Part shown: positions 48,265-58,653 of the stretch, piece by piece
Position numbering within the stretch: position 1 is the first letter of the stretch
How the letters are laid out: every line of letters begins with the position of its first letter
Assembly: GCA_965248445.1 (NCBI GenBank)
Contig: CBDFJG010000004.1
Span: 864,001 to 928,000, forward strand
Reading direction: 5' to 3'
Source: Planctomycetota bacterium
GTDB taxonomy: Bacteria > Planctomycetota > JAJSAM01 > JAJVHW01
Length of the DNA stretch: 64,000 nucleotides
The notes under the pieces: model-generated
The model's input: the letters and a program-made list of their open reading frames with translations, nothing else
Told to the model about the DNA's origin: nothing
Databases searched by the model: none
Position numbers and translations under genes: made by a program

Positions 48265-49920
48265 ATGCGCGCCCTTGAGCCGGAGAGGCTCCGCCGCGTA
48301 CCGTCTGCCGCGATGGGTGAGGATGACCTGACTGCTGACGCCCTCGACGATGAGGAGCGGACCGAGGACGAGCGTGGACCGGGCCACGACACGGTCTCGT
48401 TCGACGACCTCGAGCCGGCTCCCGGGGATCCCGCGCCGCTGCTGCTCGAGACGCTGGCGCCGCTGCCCACCGTCGCTCCGATGGGAGAAGTGGCTCCGTT
48501 GCCGACCCTGGCGCCACTCGAAGCGCCTGCACCTGTGCCGCGTGACAGGTCGCGTGAGGCTCCACCCGACGAGGGGCCGCCGGAGCTCGCGCCGATCGCC
48601 TCGGCACCCATCGAGATCGCAGAGATACCCACGGAACCGCCGGCGGCTCAGATGCACCTCTCGCCGCGCTACGAGTACACGTCCCTGCCGGCGGACGATC
48701 CGCCGGCGCTCGGTGTTCTCGTCGAGCTGGAGGCGCTCGGGCAACCGCTGGTCGAGAAGGGCGCGGGCCCCGTGGCACACGTCATCCTCGCGCTCGACAT
48801 GTCGGCCAGCATGAACGACCCGGACAAGTACCCGGTGCTGCGAGAGGCCGTCGGCTCGATGCTCGACGACCTGCACGCCGAGGACGCGGCGGACGTACTG
48901 CTGAGCGTCGTGATCTTCTCGAAGGGTGCGGACGTGATCGTGCGCGACGCCCGCGCGCGGAAGATCTCGAGGCGCGCGCTGTTCAAGGCGCTCGACCGGC
49001 ACCCGCTCGCGTTCGGGAAGTACACCGACATCGCGGGTGCGTTGGGCAAGGCCGGGCGGATCGCCTACGACCAGTGCCGCCGTTCGCGCTTGCTGCCGGT
49101 GCGCGTGTACCTGCTGACGGACGGCCGGCCACAGGACGTGCAGCGCGCCGCCGAGATGGCGAATCGGCTCGGGAAGATACCCGCGGACCTGCATGCGCTC
49201 GCGTTCGGCTCCGACGCAGACGTCGTGATCCTCCAGAACCTGTTCGCCGGCAAGCGCGGGGGAACGGTCAAGAGTGTCCGCAAGGACACGATCGGCACCG
49301 CGTTCGAGCGCGTGGCCGAGGTCGCGCAGCGCGTCATCGCGACACGCTGCATCGTCTCCGTCGACCTCGCACTCGGAGTCGTGGGTGGCGACGCGTTCCG
49401 TTACCGCCCGGCCCGTGTGCGTTTCCCCGAGCCCGCGTTCGAGAAGGGCAAGCACTTCCGCGCCGACCTCGGCACGATCGAGACCGACCGCAAGTACTCG
49501 CTTCTCTTCGAACTGCGTCCCCCAGAGCGCGACGAGCAGGTCACGCATCTCGGCAAGGTCGAGATCTCGATCCCTGGTCACGGCGGCCCAGTCACGACGA
49601 CTCTCGACCTGACGCTTCCGCGGACCGGCGTCGGCTCGGAGCCGGGCGACGTGGAGGCATCGGTGCGCACCGCGCTCGACATCCTGGGCGCGCTCGACGA
49701 CGACGACCCACAGGTGGCGTTGCGCGCGTTGCGCCTGCGCCGCGACCTCTACGAGCGCGAACGCCGTGACCCAGGACTCATCCGGATCATCTCTCACGCC
49801 ATCATGACGCTCGAACGCGACGGCTCACTCGACGCGCTCGGGGCCGGCGACCTGGCGACGTTGCGCGCGCACACGTGCACGTCCTCGGGCGACCAAGATC
49901 TCGCGTATCTGCGTGGCTGA
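48265..49920 (+). CDS. Cytoplasmic vWA-domain protein
   Basis: MIDAS motif LDMSASM, T, LLTDG; Pro-rich N-terminus; alternative start 48313. Confidence 0.85.
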   Translation: MRALEPERLRRVPSAAMGEDDLTADALDDEERTEDERGPGHDTVSFDDLEPAPGDPAPLLLETLAPLPTVAPMGEVAPLPTLAPLEAPAPVPRDRSREAPPDEGPPELAPIASAPIEIAEIPTEPPAAQMHLSPRYEYTSLPADDPPALGVLVELEALGQPLVEKGAGPVAHVILALDMSASMNDPDKYPVLREAVGSMLDDLHAEDAADVLLSVVIFSKGADVIVRDARARKISRRALFKALDRHPLAFGKYTDIAGALGKAGRIAYDQCRRSRLLPVRVYLLTDGRPQDVQRAAEMANRLGKIPADLHALAFGSDADVVILQNLFAGKRGGTVKSVRKDTIGTAFERVAEVAQRVIATRCIVSVDLALGVVGGDAFRYRPARVRFPEPAFEKGKHFRADLGTIETDRKYSLLFELRPPERDEQVTHLGKVEISIPGHGGPVTTTLDLTLPRTGVGSEPGDVEASVRTALDILGALDDDDPQVALRALRLRRDLYERERRDPGLIRIISHAIMTLERDGSLDALGAGDLATLRAHTCTSSGDQDLAYLRG

Positions 49921-50902
49921 CGCGGGTGGCGACCGGGAGGTCTCGCGTCGCGAGCGGCGCATCGGCAGCCGGCTCGCCGCGCGCGGCGATGGTGATCTGT
50001 TCGCGTGCTTGCTGTCCCTCCGGGGACTGGCGATGCGCGAGCGCTTCCACCTCGAGGAACTGCTTGCGGTAGGGGGCGAGGGCGCGGTGTTCGTGGTCCG
50101 CGACGAGACCGACCCGGACGCGCGCCTGGTCGGAAAGTTCGCGCTGGCGCCGTGGCACAAGCACGTGCGGCTCTCGTCGAAGCTGCTGCGCAGCGCGCGG
50201 CACGTGATCGAGCAGGAGGCGCGCGTCCTGACGATCGCCGGGAGTCCCTTCCTGCCGAGCTGCGAGGGTCTGCAGCAGTTCGACAATCCGTTGCTCGATG
50301 CCGACCGCGGCGGGGAATTCGCCAGGCCCGAGCCGTGTCTCGTGATGGAGCGGTTGCCCGGCCATGACCTCGACACGTGGCTTTGCCGCGTGCACCGGGG
50401 AGGTGTCGACCGAACGGCGCTCCGCGCGACGTTCGACCGCCTCGCGGTCGGTGTCGTGCAGGCGCTCTCGGACCTCGAGCGCCGCGGCTACCTGTACGCG
50501 GATCTCCGCCCCGGAAACCTGCGTGTTCTCGGACGTCCGCGCCGGCGCGTGCGACTTCTCGATGCGGGCGGTTGCGTGCGCGCCGACGACCCCGAGCGTC
50601 GCTTCCCGCATGTGCCGTCCTACTTGCCGCCGCGATTGTTCTCGAAGTCCCAGAAGGGTGAGGCGTTCCAGCCGGACTCCGTGACGCAGGCTGCGATGGC
50701 CGGACGCACGCTGTACGAAGTCGCGACGGGCGAGGCGCCGCAGGCGTCCAGGCACCTGGAAATGTCACGTCTCCTGAAGTCGCCGGTGTCCCCTCCGGTC
50801 GCCGGCGTGATCGCCGCGCTCGCCAACGAGGACTTCCCCAACTGCGAGTCGGCTCTCCACGAGCTGGCCGCGCGAGCCCGCCGCCGCGTCGGCCGAGCGT
50901 AG
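49913..50902 (+). CDS. Ser/Thr protein kinase-like protein
   Basis: AVGGEGAVF, VGK, LVMERLPG, YADLRPGN, LDAGG; overlaps the vWA stop. Confidence 0.8.
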   Translation: MADAGGDREVSRRERRIGSRLAARGDGDLFACLLSLRGLAMRERFHLEELLAVGGEGAVFVVRDETDPDARLVGKFALAPWHKHVRLSSKLLRSARHVIEQEARVLTIAGSPFLPSCEGLQQFDNPLLDADRGGEFARPEPCLVMERLPGHDLDTWLCRVHRGGVDRTALRATFDRLAVGVVQALSDLERRGYLYADLRPGNLRVLGRPRRRVRLLDAGGCVRADDPERRFPHVPSYLPPRLFSKSQKGEAFQPDSVTQAAMAGRTLYEVATGEAPQASRHLEMSRLLKSPVSPPVAGVIAALANEDFPNCESALHELAARARRRVGRA

Positions 50903-50975
50903 TTCCCCGGTCTCCGTACGGCGGCCCGGGTGCTAGGCTGCGCGGCTCGATTCTGCTCAGGAGGGTGAGGCCACC

Positions 50976-53738
50976 ATGACCGGTTCCACGTATCGCAATG
51001 CCGTTAGCGTCGCCGCTCTCGCGGCCGCCGCTGTCTGTGCCGCAGCGACACCCGCGGCGGGTGGTGACTCGGATCTGCCCGAGATCGCGTACACGAAGAA
51101 GGTGCTCGCAAACGGGCTGACCGTGATCGTGCACGAGGATCACAAGGCGCCGGTCGTCGGTGTGAACATCTGGTACCACGTCGGCTCGAAGAACGAGCGG
51201 CCGGGGCGCACCGGGTTCGCGCACCTGTTCGAGCACCTGATGTTCAACGGCAGCGAGCACGCGGACACCGACTGGTTCCGCGGCACGTCGGAGATGGGCG
51301 CGACCGGCGTCAACGGCACGACGAGTAACGACCGCACGAACTACTTCGAGACCGTGCCGAAGGGCGCGCTCGATCGCACTCTGTGGCTGGAGTCCGACCG
51401 CATGGGCCACCTGCTCGGCGCGATCGACCAGGCCAAGCTCGACGAGCAGCGGGGCGTGGTCCAGAACGAGAAGCGGCAAGGCGAGAACCGTCCGTACGGC
51501 AGCGTCTGGAACCGGCTCCCTCCGCTCGCCTATCCGCAGGGCCACCCGTACTCGTGGTCCGTGATCGGTTCGATGGAAGATCTCGACGCGGCGACGGTCG
51601 ACGACGTTCACCAGTGGTTCGGCGCGTACTACGGAGCGGCGAACGCGGTACTCGTGCTCTGCGGTGACGTAGAGACCGAGCACGCACTCGCGCGCGTGGA
51701 GCACTACTTCGGCGACATCGCTCCGGGCCCGGACATCACGCGTCCTGAGGCGTGGGTCGCCAAGCGCAGCGGCACGACCCGGATCTCGGTCGAGGAGCGC
51801 GTGCCGCAGGCGCGCATCCACAAGCTGTGGAACACACCGGAGTGGGGCTCCGAAGACGCCACGCTGCTCGAGCTCGCGGCCAGCATGCTCGCCCGCGGCG
51901 AGAACTCGCGGCTCTACCAGCGCCTCGTGCGCGCAGACGGCCTCGCGACGGACGTCGTTGCTTTCCAGGACACCGCAGAGCTCGGCAGCACGTGGCACGC
52001 GTGGGCCACGGCATCGAGCGGCGTTGCGCTCGCCGACCTCGAGGCGGCACTCGACGAGGAGATCGCACGCTTCCTCGCCGATGGCCCGACGGCGGACGAA
52101 CTCGCCACGGAGAAGATCCAGGAGCGCGCTTCGCTCCTGCGGAACACCGAACGCGTGGGCGGGTTCGGCGGCAAGGCAAACCTCCTCGCATCCAGCGAGG
52201 TCTTCGGCGGAAGCCCCGACGCGTGGAAGAACCGCATGAGCGTCATCGCGGCCGCCACGCCGCAGAGTGTCCGTGACGCCGCGCGGCGCTGGCTCGCGGA
52301 CGGGGCACTGGTCATCGAGACGCTGCCGCTCGCGAGGTTCACCGCGGCAGACACAGGGGCCGACCGAACGACGCCTCCCGTGATCGAGCCGGCGTCCGCC
52401 GCGAGATTCCCGACGCTCGAGCGAGCGACGCTGTCGAACGGACTGCAGGTGGTGCTCGCCCCGCGGCCGGGATCCCCGTTGGTGCGCGTCGACGCGCTCG
52501 TGGACGCCGGATCCGCTGCGGATCCGCGCGGCGGCGCCGGCACGAACAAGTTGGTGGCCTGGTTGCTGAGGGCGGGCACCACTACGCGCACGGCCGAGCA
52601 GATCAACGTCGAAGCCGACCGTCTCGGCGCCGAACTCACGGTCAACACGGACATCGACGTGACGCGCGTGACCATCTCGTCGCTCGTCGAGACCCTCGAG
52701 CCGTCGATTGCACTGCTCGCGGACGTCACGCTGCATCCTTCGTTCCCCGACGGCGAGGTCGAGGCCCGGCGCAAACAGCAGCTCGCCGCCATCGCTCAGG
52801 AGAAGGTCGAGGGCTGGGGCATGCTCAACCGCGTGCTGCCCGGCGTGCTCTACGGCGCAGGCCATCCGTACGGCGCGCCGTGGTCCGGTAACGGTCTCGC
52901 TGACAGCGTGTCCGCCCTCGACGCGAACGCGTTGCGCGCGTTCCACAGCACGTGGTTCCGGCCTGGCAGCACGACGGTGGTGGTCACGGGTGACGCAAAG
53001 ATGGAGCAGCTGACGCCGCTACTCGAGAAGGCGTTCGCGGCCTGGAAGGCCGGCAAGGCGCCCGCGAAGGTACTGCCTGCCGCGCCTGCCGCGCAGGCGT
53101 CCCGCGTGTTCCTGCTCGACCGGCCCGGCGCGCCGCAGACCGTGATGGTCGCCGCGCAGCTCGCGCCGCCCCGTGGCGGGGACGCCGAGCTCCCGTTCGC
53201 GATCATGAACACCGTGTTCGGCGGCAGCTTCGTGTCGCGACTCAACATGAACCTGCGCGAGGACAAGCACTGGTCGTACGGCGCGCGCTCGCGCCTGTAC
53301 CAGTCGCGCGGGCCGCGCATCGTCTCCGCCGGCAGCTCGGTGCAGACCGACAAGACGTCCGAGTCATTGACGGAGATCCTGAAGGAGGTCCGCGGCATCG
53401 GCGGTGCGGTCCCGCCGACTCCGGAGGAGGTCACGACGGCGAAGTCGGGCATGACGCTCACTCTGCCGGGGCGCTGGGAGGCGACGAACGCGATTGCCGA
53501 GTCCGTCGGCGAGATCGTGACGTTCGGGTTGCCGGACACGTACTTCGACGGCTACGCCGACCGGGTGCAGGCCGTGACGACCGAGCAGCTGGACACTGCC
53601 GCCGCGCACTTCCATCCGGATCATCTGGTCTGGATCGTGATCGGCGATCTGGTCACGATCGAGGAGGGCGTGCGCGCTCTCGGCCTCGGAGAGACCACCG
53701 TGATCGACCCGGACGGGAACGCGGTCACGGCGCGCTGA
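50976..53738 (+). CDS. M16 family zinc protease (pitrilysin-like)
   Basis: GFAHLFEHLMF (HxxEH); duplicated LANG/LSNG halves; SRLNMNLREDK; signal peptide. Confidence 0.95.
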   Translation: MTGSTYRNAVSVAALAAAAVCAAATPAAGGDSDLPEIAYTKKVLANGLTVIVHEDHKAPVVGVNIWYHVGSKNERPGRTGFAHLFEHLMFNGSEHADTDWFRGTSEMGATGVNGTTSNDRTNYFETVPKGALDRTLWLESDRMGHLLGAIDQAKLDEQRGVVQNEKRQGENRPYGSVWNRLPPLAYPQGHPYSWSVIGSMEDLDAATVDDVHQWFGAYYGAANAVLVLCGDVETEHALARVEHYFGDIAPGPDITRPEAWVAKRSGTTRISVEERVPQARIHKLWNTPEWGSEDATLLELAASMLARGENSRLYQRLVRADGLATDVVAFQDTAELGSTWHAWATASSGVALADLEAALDEEIARFLADGPTADELATEKIQERASLLRNTERVGGFGGKANLLASSEVFGGSPDAWKNRMSVIAAATPQSVRDAARRWLADGALVIETLPLARFTAADTGADRTTPPVIEPASAARFPTLERATLSNGLQVVLAPRPGSPLVRVDALVDAGSAADPRGGAGTNKLVAWLLRAGTTTRTAEQINVEADRLGAELTVNTDIDVTRVTISSLVETLEPSIALLADVTLHPSFPDGEVEARRKQQLAAIAQEKVEGWGMLNRVLPGVLYGAGHPYGAPWSGNGLADSVSALDANALRAFHSTWFRPGSTTVVVTGDAKMEQLTPLLEKAFAAWKAGKAPAKVLPAAPAAQASRVFLLDRPGAPQTVMVAAQLAPPRGGDAELPFAIMNTVFGGSFVSRLNMNLREDKHWSYGARSRLYQSRGPRIVSAGSSVQTDKTSESLTEILKEVRGIGGAVPPTPEEVTTAKSGMTLTLPGRWEATNAIAESVGEIVTFGLPDTYFDGYADRVQAVTTEQLDTAAAHFHPDHLVWIVIGDLVTIEEGVRALGLGETTVIDPDGNAVTAR

Positions 53739-53753
53739 CGGTACTGTCTCCGC

Positions 53754-55426
53754 ATGCTGCTCAAGGCACTCGGCGCCGCACGTGACCTGGGTCGCGTTCA
53801 GGAGATCGCGCGGGTCCTGATCCGCCACGGCTTCGGCGACCTCGCGCGCCGTACGGGACTCCTCAGCGTGGTCGAGACGGCGGGGCGCATGCTGCACTGG
53901 GAGCGCGCGCAGAACGTCGAGACGCTGACCGTCCAAGTTCGGGCGCGCAATGCGATGGAGGAGCTCGGGCCGACGTACGTGAAGTTCGGCCAGGTGCTCG
54001 CGTCGCGCCCCGACATCCTGAGGCCGGACTGGGTTGCCGCGTTTGCGCAGTTGCACGAGCACGTCGCGTCGGTGCCGTACGAAGATGTGCGAGAGCAACT
54101 CGAGGAGGACCTCGGCGGTGCCCCCGGTGACGTGTTCGCGACGTTCGACGAGGAGCCGTTCGCCGCGGGTTCGATCGCCCAGGTGCACCGCGCGACGCTG
54201 CACGACGGCAGCGACGTGGCGGTGAAGATCCGCCGCCCCGGCATCCATTCCCGCGTGCTCGCGGACCTGCGCATCCTGGAGCGTCTCGCGGAGCTGGTCG
54301 AGAAGGAGATTCCGGAACTGCGCCGCTACCGTCCGCGGGAGGTCGCACGGCAGTTCGCCCGCACGATGAAGGCGGAGCTCGATCTGGCGCGCGAGGCCCG
54401 CAGTCTGCGGCGGATCGGCGAGAACCTGGGCGAGAGCCCGTCCATCGTCCTCCCCGAGGTGATGACGAAATGGACGCACGAGCGGCTGCTGGTGCAGCGC
54501 TACCTCGACGGTCTCTCCGCTGCCGCCTGGCTGGCGGGCGAGCGACCCGCTGATGTGGATCCGCAGCCGCTGGTGCGCGCCGGCGCCGACGCAATCGTGC
54601 ACATGGTGTTCGTGGATGGCCTCTACCACGCGGATCCGCACCCGGGCAATGTGATGTTCCTGCCCGGCGGGCGCATCGGGCTGCTCGACTTCGGCATGGT
54701 CGGGCGGCTCTCCGACGAGCGCCGGGAGCAGTTCGTGCTTCTTCTCGCGGGGGTCGTGGAGGCCGACGAGGAAGCGATCGTCGATGTGCTCATCGACTGG
54801 TCTGCGCACGGCGACGCGGACATGGAGCACCTGACGCAGGACGCGTGCGAGTTCCTGGACCGCTTCCACGGCGTGCCGCTCGGGCAGCTCGACGTCACGG
54901 CCATGCTCACGTCGATCGCTGCGATCGTGCGCGAGAACCGGCTGGTGCTGCCGTCCGACGTGGCGCTGTTGGTGAAGGTCTTCGTCACGCTGGAAGGGCT
55001 CGGCCGCGCGCTCGATCCCGACTTCGACATGGCGAACCACGTCGAACCCGCGGCCCGCGAGATGGTGGCGCGGTACCGTTCGCCGCGACGCATGGCCCGG
55101 CGCGGGTTGTTGCAACTCAGATCGCTCCTCGCGTCGCTGCCGCGCGACGTGCAGGCGATCATCAAGCGCGCCCGCCGCGGCAACATGCGCGTCGAGTTCG
55201 ACCTCGCGCGTCTCGAGCAGTTCGGAAGTCAGATCGAGCGCAGTGCAAACCGCGTCACGATCGGTCTCATCACGTCCGCGCTGATCGTAGGAACGTCGAT
55301 CTCGATGACGATCGAGGGGTCGCCGAGCGTGTTCGGGTTGCCAGTGTTCGGTGTGCTGGGGTTCGTGACGTCCCTGCTGATCGCCTCGGCCTGCTGTGGG
55401 CCATCGTGCGCAGCGGCAGGCACTAG
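53754..55426 (+). CDS. ubiB: ABC1/AarF/UbiB family kinase; 1-bp frameshift near 55383
   Basis: LGPTYVKFGQ, AAGSIAQVHRA, VAVK, HADPHPGN, LDFGMVG; C-terminal TM continues LGLLWAIVRSGRH in another frame. Confidence 0.88.
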
Positions 55427-55515
55427 CTGCGCCCCGATCGCAATATCCGTCGCTGGAGGAACGCTCGCCGTCACCGTGCGGGGCTTCCCGCGCCCCGCGG
55501 CCGGGAGTGCCTGTC

Positions 55516-57261
55516 ATGACCGACGAACCAGATGCTTCCGCCGCCGCCCCCGCCCCCGATCGCGGCTTCGCCGCCTTGGGCCTCGGTCCCGAGCTCGTGC
55601 GGGCCGTCGAAGAACTCGGTTACGAGGAGCCGACGCGCATCCAGCGAGAGGCCGTTCCGGTGCTGCTCGCGGGACGCGACCTGCTGGGGCAGGCTGCCAC
55701 GGGCACCGGCAAGACAGCGGCGTTCGCGTTGCCAATGCTGCAGCGCCTGCGCGACGCGCCGGACACCGGACAGCTCAGCGGTCTCGTACTCGTACCGACA
55801 CGCGAGCTGGCGATCCAGGTGGCCGAGGCCGTGCACCGTTACGGGCGCGACCTCGGTGTGCGGGTGCTGCCGATCTACGGTGGCTCGTCGATGGGGCAGC
55901 AGTTGCGCGCGTTGCACCGTGGGGTGGACGTCGTCGTCGCAACACCCGGACGCGCTCTCGATCACCTGAAACGCGGAACGCTCGTTCTCAAGGAGATCCG
56001 GACCGTCGTCCTGGACGAAGCGGACGAGATGCTCGACATGGGATTCCAGGAGGATCTCGAAGCGATCCTCGGCGCGACCCCGCCCGAACGGCAGATGGCG
56101 CTCTTCTCGGCGACGTTCCCTCACCGGCTTCGCGAGATCGCCGGTCGCGCGATGCGCGATCCGGTGCGCATCGAGGTCGGGCGCGGAGACGCCGCCGCGG
56201 GTGAGATGCCGAAGATCCGTCAGCTCGTGTTCGTCGTGCGCCGGAACGACAAGAGCGCCGCGCTCTGTCGCGTGCTCGACATGGAGGCGCCGCGGGCGGC
56301 TCTCGTGTTCTGTCGCACACGAGTCGCCGTCGAAGAATTGACCGAAGTGCTGCAGAGCCGGGGCTACGGCGCCGAGGCGCTGCACGGTGGGTTGAACCAG
56401 GCGCAGCGGGACCGCGCGATGGGGCGGCTCCGGTCCGAGGCGGCCGACATCATCGTCGCCACCGATGTCGCTGCGCGGGGTATCGACATCGACCACCTGA
56501 CACACGTGGTGAACTTCGACGCGCCTCCGGGACCGGAGCAGTACACGCACCGCATCGGCCGCACCGGCCGCGCCGGGCGCGAGGGCACGGCGATCACATT
56601 CCTCGAGCCGCGGGAGCGCCGCGTTGCGCATCGCATCGAGCAAGTGACCGGACAGAAGGTCGAATCGGCGCACGTTCCCTCGGCGGCAGCGCTGCGCGCT
56701 CGCCGTCTGAACGTGCTGCGCGAGCAGATCCTCGAAGCGGCGGCGTCCCCGGGGCTCGATCCGTTCCGCGCTGTGTGTGACTCACTTGCCGGTGAACTCG
56801 CTCCGCTCGAGATCGCGGCCGCGGCGATGCGCGCGTTGCACCGCTCGGCCTGGAACGACAACCTGCAAGAGATCCCCAGCTACTCGATCGACGCGCCGCC
56901 CCGTGAGGGTCGCTTCGGCCGGCCGGACGTCGGAGGTCGGACACCCCGCCGCGACGACCATCGCCCGCAGCGTGACCAGCGACCGAGCGGAGATGCCCGG
57001 GACTCCGGCGCCGAGTGGACGCGCCTCTTCATCGGTGTGGGACAACGCGCGCGAATCCGACCCGGCGACATTGTCGGCGCCATCTTGAATGAGACGAGCC
57101 TGCCGAAGGAGGCGCTCGGACGGATCGAGATCGCGTTCAACGTCTCGTTCATCGACGTGCGTCCGGATGCTGCTGAGGCCGTTATGGACGCACTCCGCGG
57201 TACCAGTCTGCGCGGGAAGAAGGTCAAGGTCCGCCGCGACCGCGGCCCGGCGCGTCGCTGA
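55516..57261 (+). CDS. deaD: DEAD-box RNA helicase with DbpA RNA-binding domain
   Basis: Q motif, ATGTGKT, PTRELA, DEAD, SAT, HRIGRTGR; C-terminal RPGDIVGAI. Confidence 0.93.
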   Translation: MTDEPDASAAAPAPDRGFAALGLGPELVRAVEELGYEEPTRIQREAVPVLLAGRDLLGQAATGTGKTAAFALPMLQRLRDAPDTGQLSGLVLVPTRELAIQVAEAVHRYGRDLGVRVLPIYGGSSMGQQLRALHRGVDVVVATPGRALDHLKRGTLVLKEIRTVVLDEADEMLDMGFQEDLEAILGATPPERQMALFSATFPHRLREIAGRAMRDPVRIEVGRGDAAAGEMPKIRQLVFVVRRNDKSAALCRVLDMEAPRAALVFCRTRVAVEELTEVLQSRGYGAEALHGGLNQAQRDRAMGRLRSEAADIIVATDVAARGIDIDHLTHVVNFDAPPGPEQYTHRIGRTGRAGREGTAITFLEPRERRVAHRIEQVTGQKVESAHVPSAAALRARRLNVLREQILEAAASPGLDPFRAVCDSLAGELAPLEIAAAAMRALHRSAWNDNLQEIPSYSIDAPPREGRFGRPDVGGRTPRRDDHRPQRDQRPSGDARDSGAEWTRLFIGVGQRARIRPGDIVGAILNETSLPKEALGRIEIAFNVSFIDVRPDAAEAVMDALRGTSLRGKKVKVRRDRGPARR

Positions 57262-57727
57262 CGAAGCGCGCCGCGCCGAGCGGAGATTCAACCGGCGAGA
57301 AGCCCAGCGCCATCACGAGACGTTGGGCACGCACGTTGTTCGGAGTTGTCTCTGCGAAGATGCGCGTCACGCCGAGTTCGCCGCGGGCGAGTTCGATCAG
57401 CGCGGTGACCGCCTCGCGCGCATGGCCGAGCCCCCAGTGGCCGGGATCGACCTCGATGCCGAGGTCGGCCTCGCCGCAGGCGTGGCCTGCCTGCCGAATG
57501 CCCGCGCACCCGATCACGCGACCGCCCTCGCGCAACGTGACGATCAGCTGGAAGTTGAGCCGTGGGGCGGCGGCCGCCCACTCGCGTGCCGTCGCGACGA
57601 TGCTCTCCGCGTCCGGCGCCTCGGCGTAGTGCTCGAGGTACCGCGGGTCGCTCTGATACGCAGCTAGCGCGCGCGCGTCGCCGGGTTCGGCTTCACGCAG
57701 GACCAGCCGTTCTGTCACGAGTTGCAC
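57224..57727 (-). CDS. GNAT acetyltransferase (RimJ/RimL type)
   Basis: LVTERLVLRE, HWGLGHAREA, NVRAQRL..LGF. Confidence 0.85.
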   Translation of the reverse strand: MQLVTERLVLREAEPGDARALAAYQSDPRYLEHYAEAPDAESIVATAREWAAAAPRLNFQLIVTLREGGRVIGCAGIRQAGHACGEADLGIEVDPGHWGLGHAREAVTALIELARGELGVTRIFAETTPNNVRAQRLVMALGFSPVESPLGAARFVSDAPGRGRGGP

Positions 57728-57746
57728 GCCCGCTGCTCCCTCCCTT

Positions 57747-58616
57747 GTGCTGGACCGCCCGGTCCAACAGTATTCCACGCCAGTGGGCACACCGGACACC
57801 TCCGCCCTCGACGACTACCTCTCGTTCCTCCGGGACGCCGGGGCCGAGTTCGACATCGCGCCGGACGTGGTCCACGAACCGGACCACGTTGGGCATCCGC
57901 ACTCCGACGACCGGCCGGTCCGCGATCTGCAATTGCCGGGTCTTGCGCCGATCCGCGAGCATCGGGACCCAGGCAGCAGCGTCTCCGCGTGCCATGCGAC
58001 GTTCTCGGTTGCGCAGGCCATGGCGCAGTTCGGACTGGTGCAGCCGAAGACGCCGTTCTGGGACGTCGGTTGTGGGACGGGCGTGCTGGCGCTCGCCGCG
58101 GCTTCGTTGGGCGCCGTGCCGATTCGCGGCACCGACGTCAGCTCGGACGCGCTCGCACTGGCCCGCCGGAACGTCTCCGAAGCGGGCGCCGACATCGCTC
58201 TGGCCGAGTGCTCGCTGCTCGGCGAGGGACCGACCGTGAGCGGACTCGTGGCAGCCAACCTCCCGCACAAGCCGTCCCGCGCGGCGGGGCAACTGCCGCT
58301 CGCACACGATGGCGGCCCGGACGGCGATAGGCTCTTCTCGCAGATGCTCGACGAGGCGGAGCAACGCTTCTCCCCGGGTGCGCAACTGCTGTTCTTCCTG
58401 CACTCGCTGCCGCACCCGCGACTCCTCGCGCGCGTGGGACGCGAGTTCGAACTCGGCCTGCTCTCGTGGAAGCGACGCTTCTTCGCTCCCGGCGAGTACG
58501 GCGACCTGCAGGACTGGTTTGTCGAACGGCACGCGGCAGGTACGTCGTTCGTCGGCGAGGGCGAAGACGGCCGGCGCTTCCTCGTCTGCGGGGTCTGGCT
58601 CGCGGAACGGCACTGA
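57747..58616 (+). CDS. Class I SAM-dependent methyltransferase (PrmA/HemK-like)
   Basis: WDVGCGTGVLA, GTDVS, VAANLP, DGGPDG. Confidence 0.8.
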   Translation: MLDRPVQQYSTPVGTPDTSALDDYLSFLRDAGAEFDIAPDVVHEPDHVGHPHSDDRPVRDLQLPGLAPIREHRDPGSSVSACHATFSVAQAMAQFGLVQPKTPFWDVGCGTGVLALAAASLGAVPIRGTDVSSDALALARRNVSEAGADIALAECSLLGEGPTVSGLVAANLPHKPSRAAGQLPLAHDGGPDGDRLFSQMLDEAEQRFSPGAQLLFFLHSLPHPRLLARVGREFELGLLSWKRRFFAPGEYGDLQDWFVERHAAGTSFVGEGEDGRRFLVCGVWLAERH

Positions 58617-58653
58617 CCGGCGCCCGCCCCCTGGTTCGCGTATCCTCTCTGCG

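Noticed and set aside
49794..52946. Long antisense ORFs (also 1963-4458, 34375-36342, 46371-48632)
   Set aside because: Shadow ORFs typical of high-GC DNA, opposite or overlapping well-supported genes, with no motifs
53754..56204. 816-aa UbiB overlapping deaD
   Set aside because: Run-on caused by a 1-bp deletion near 55383
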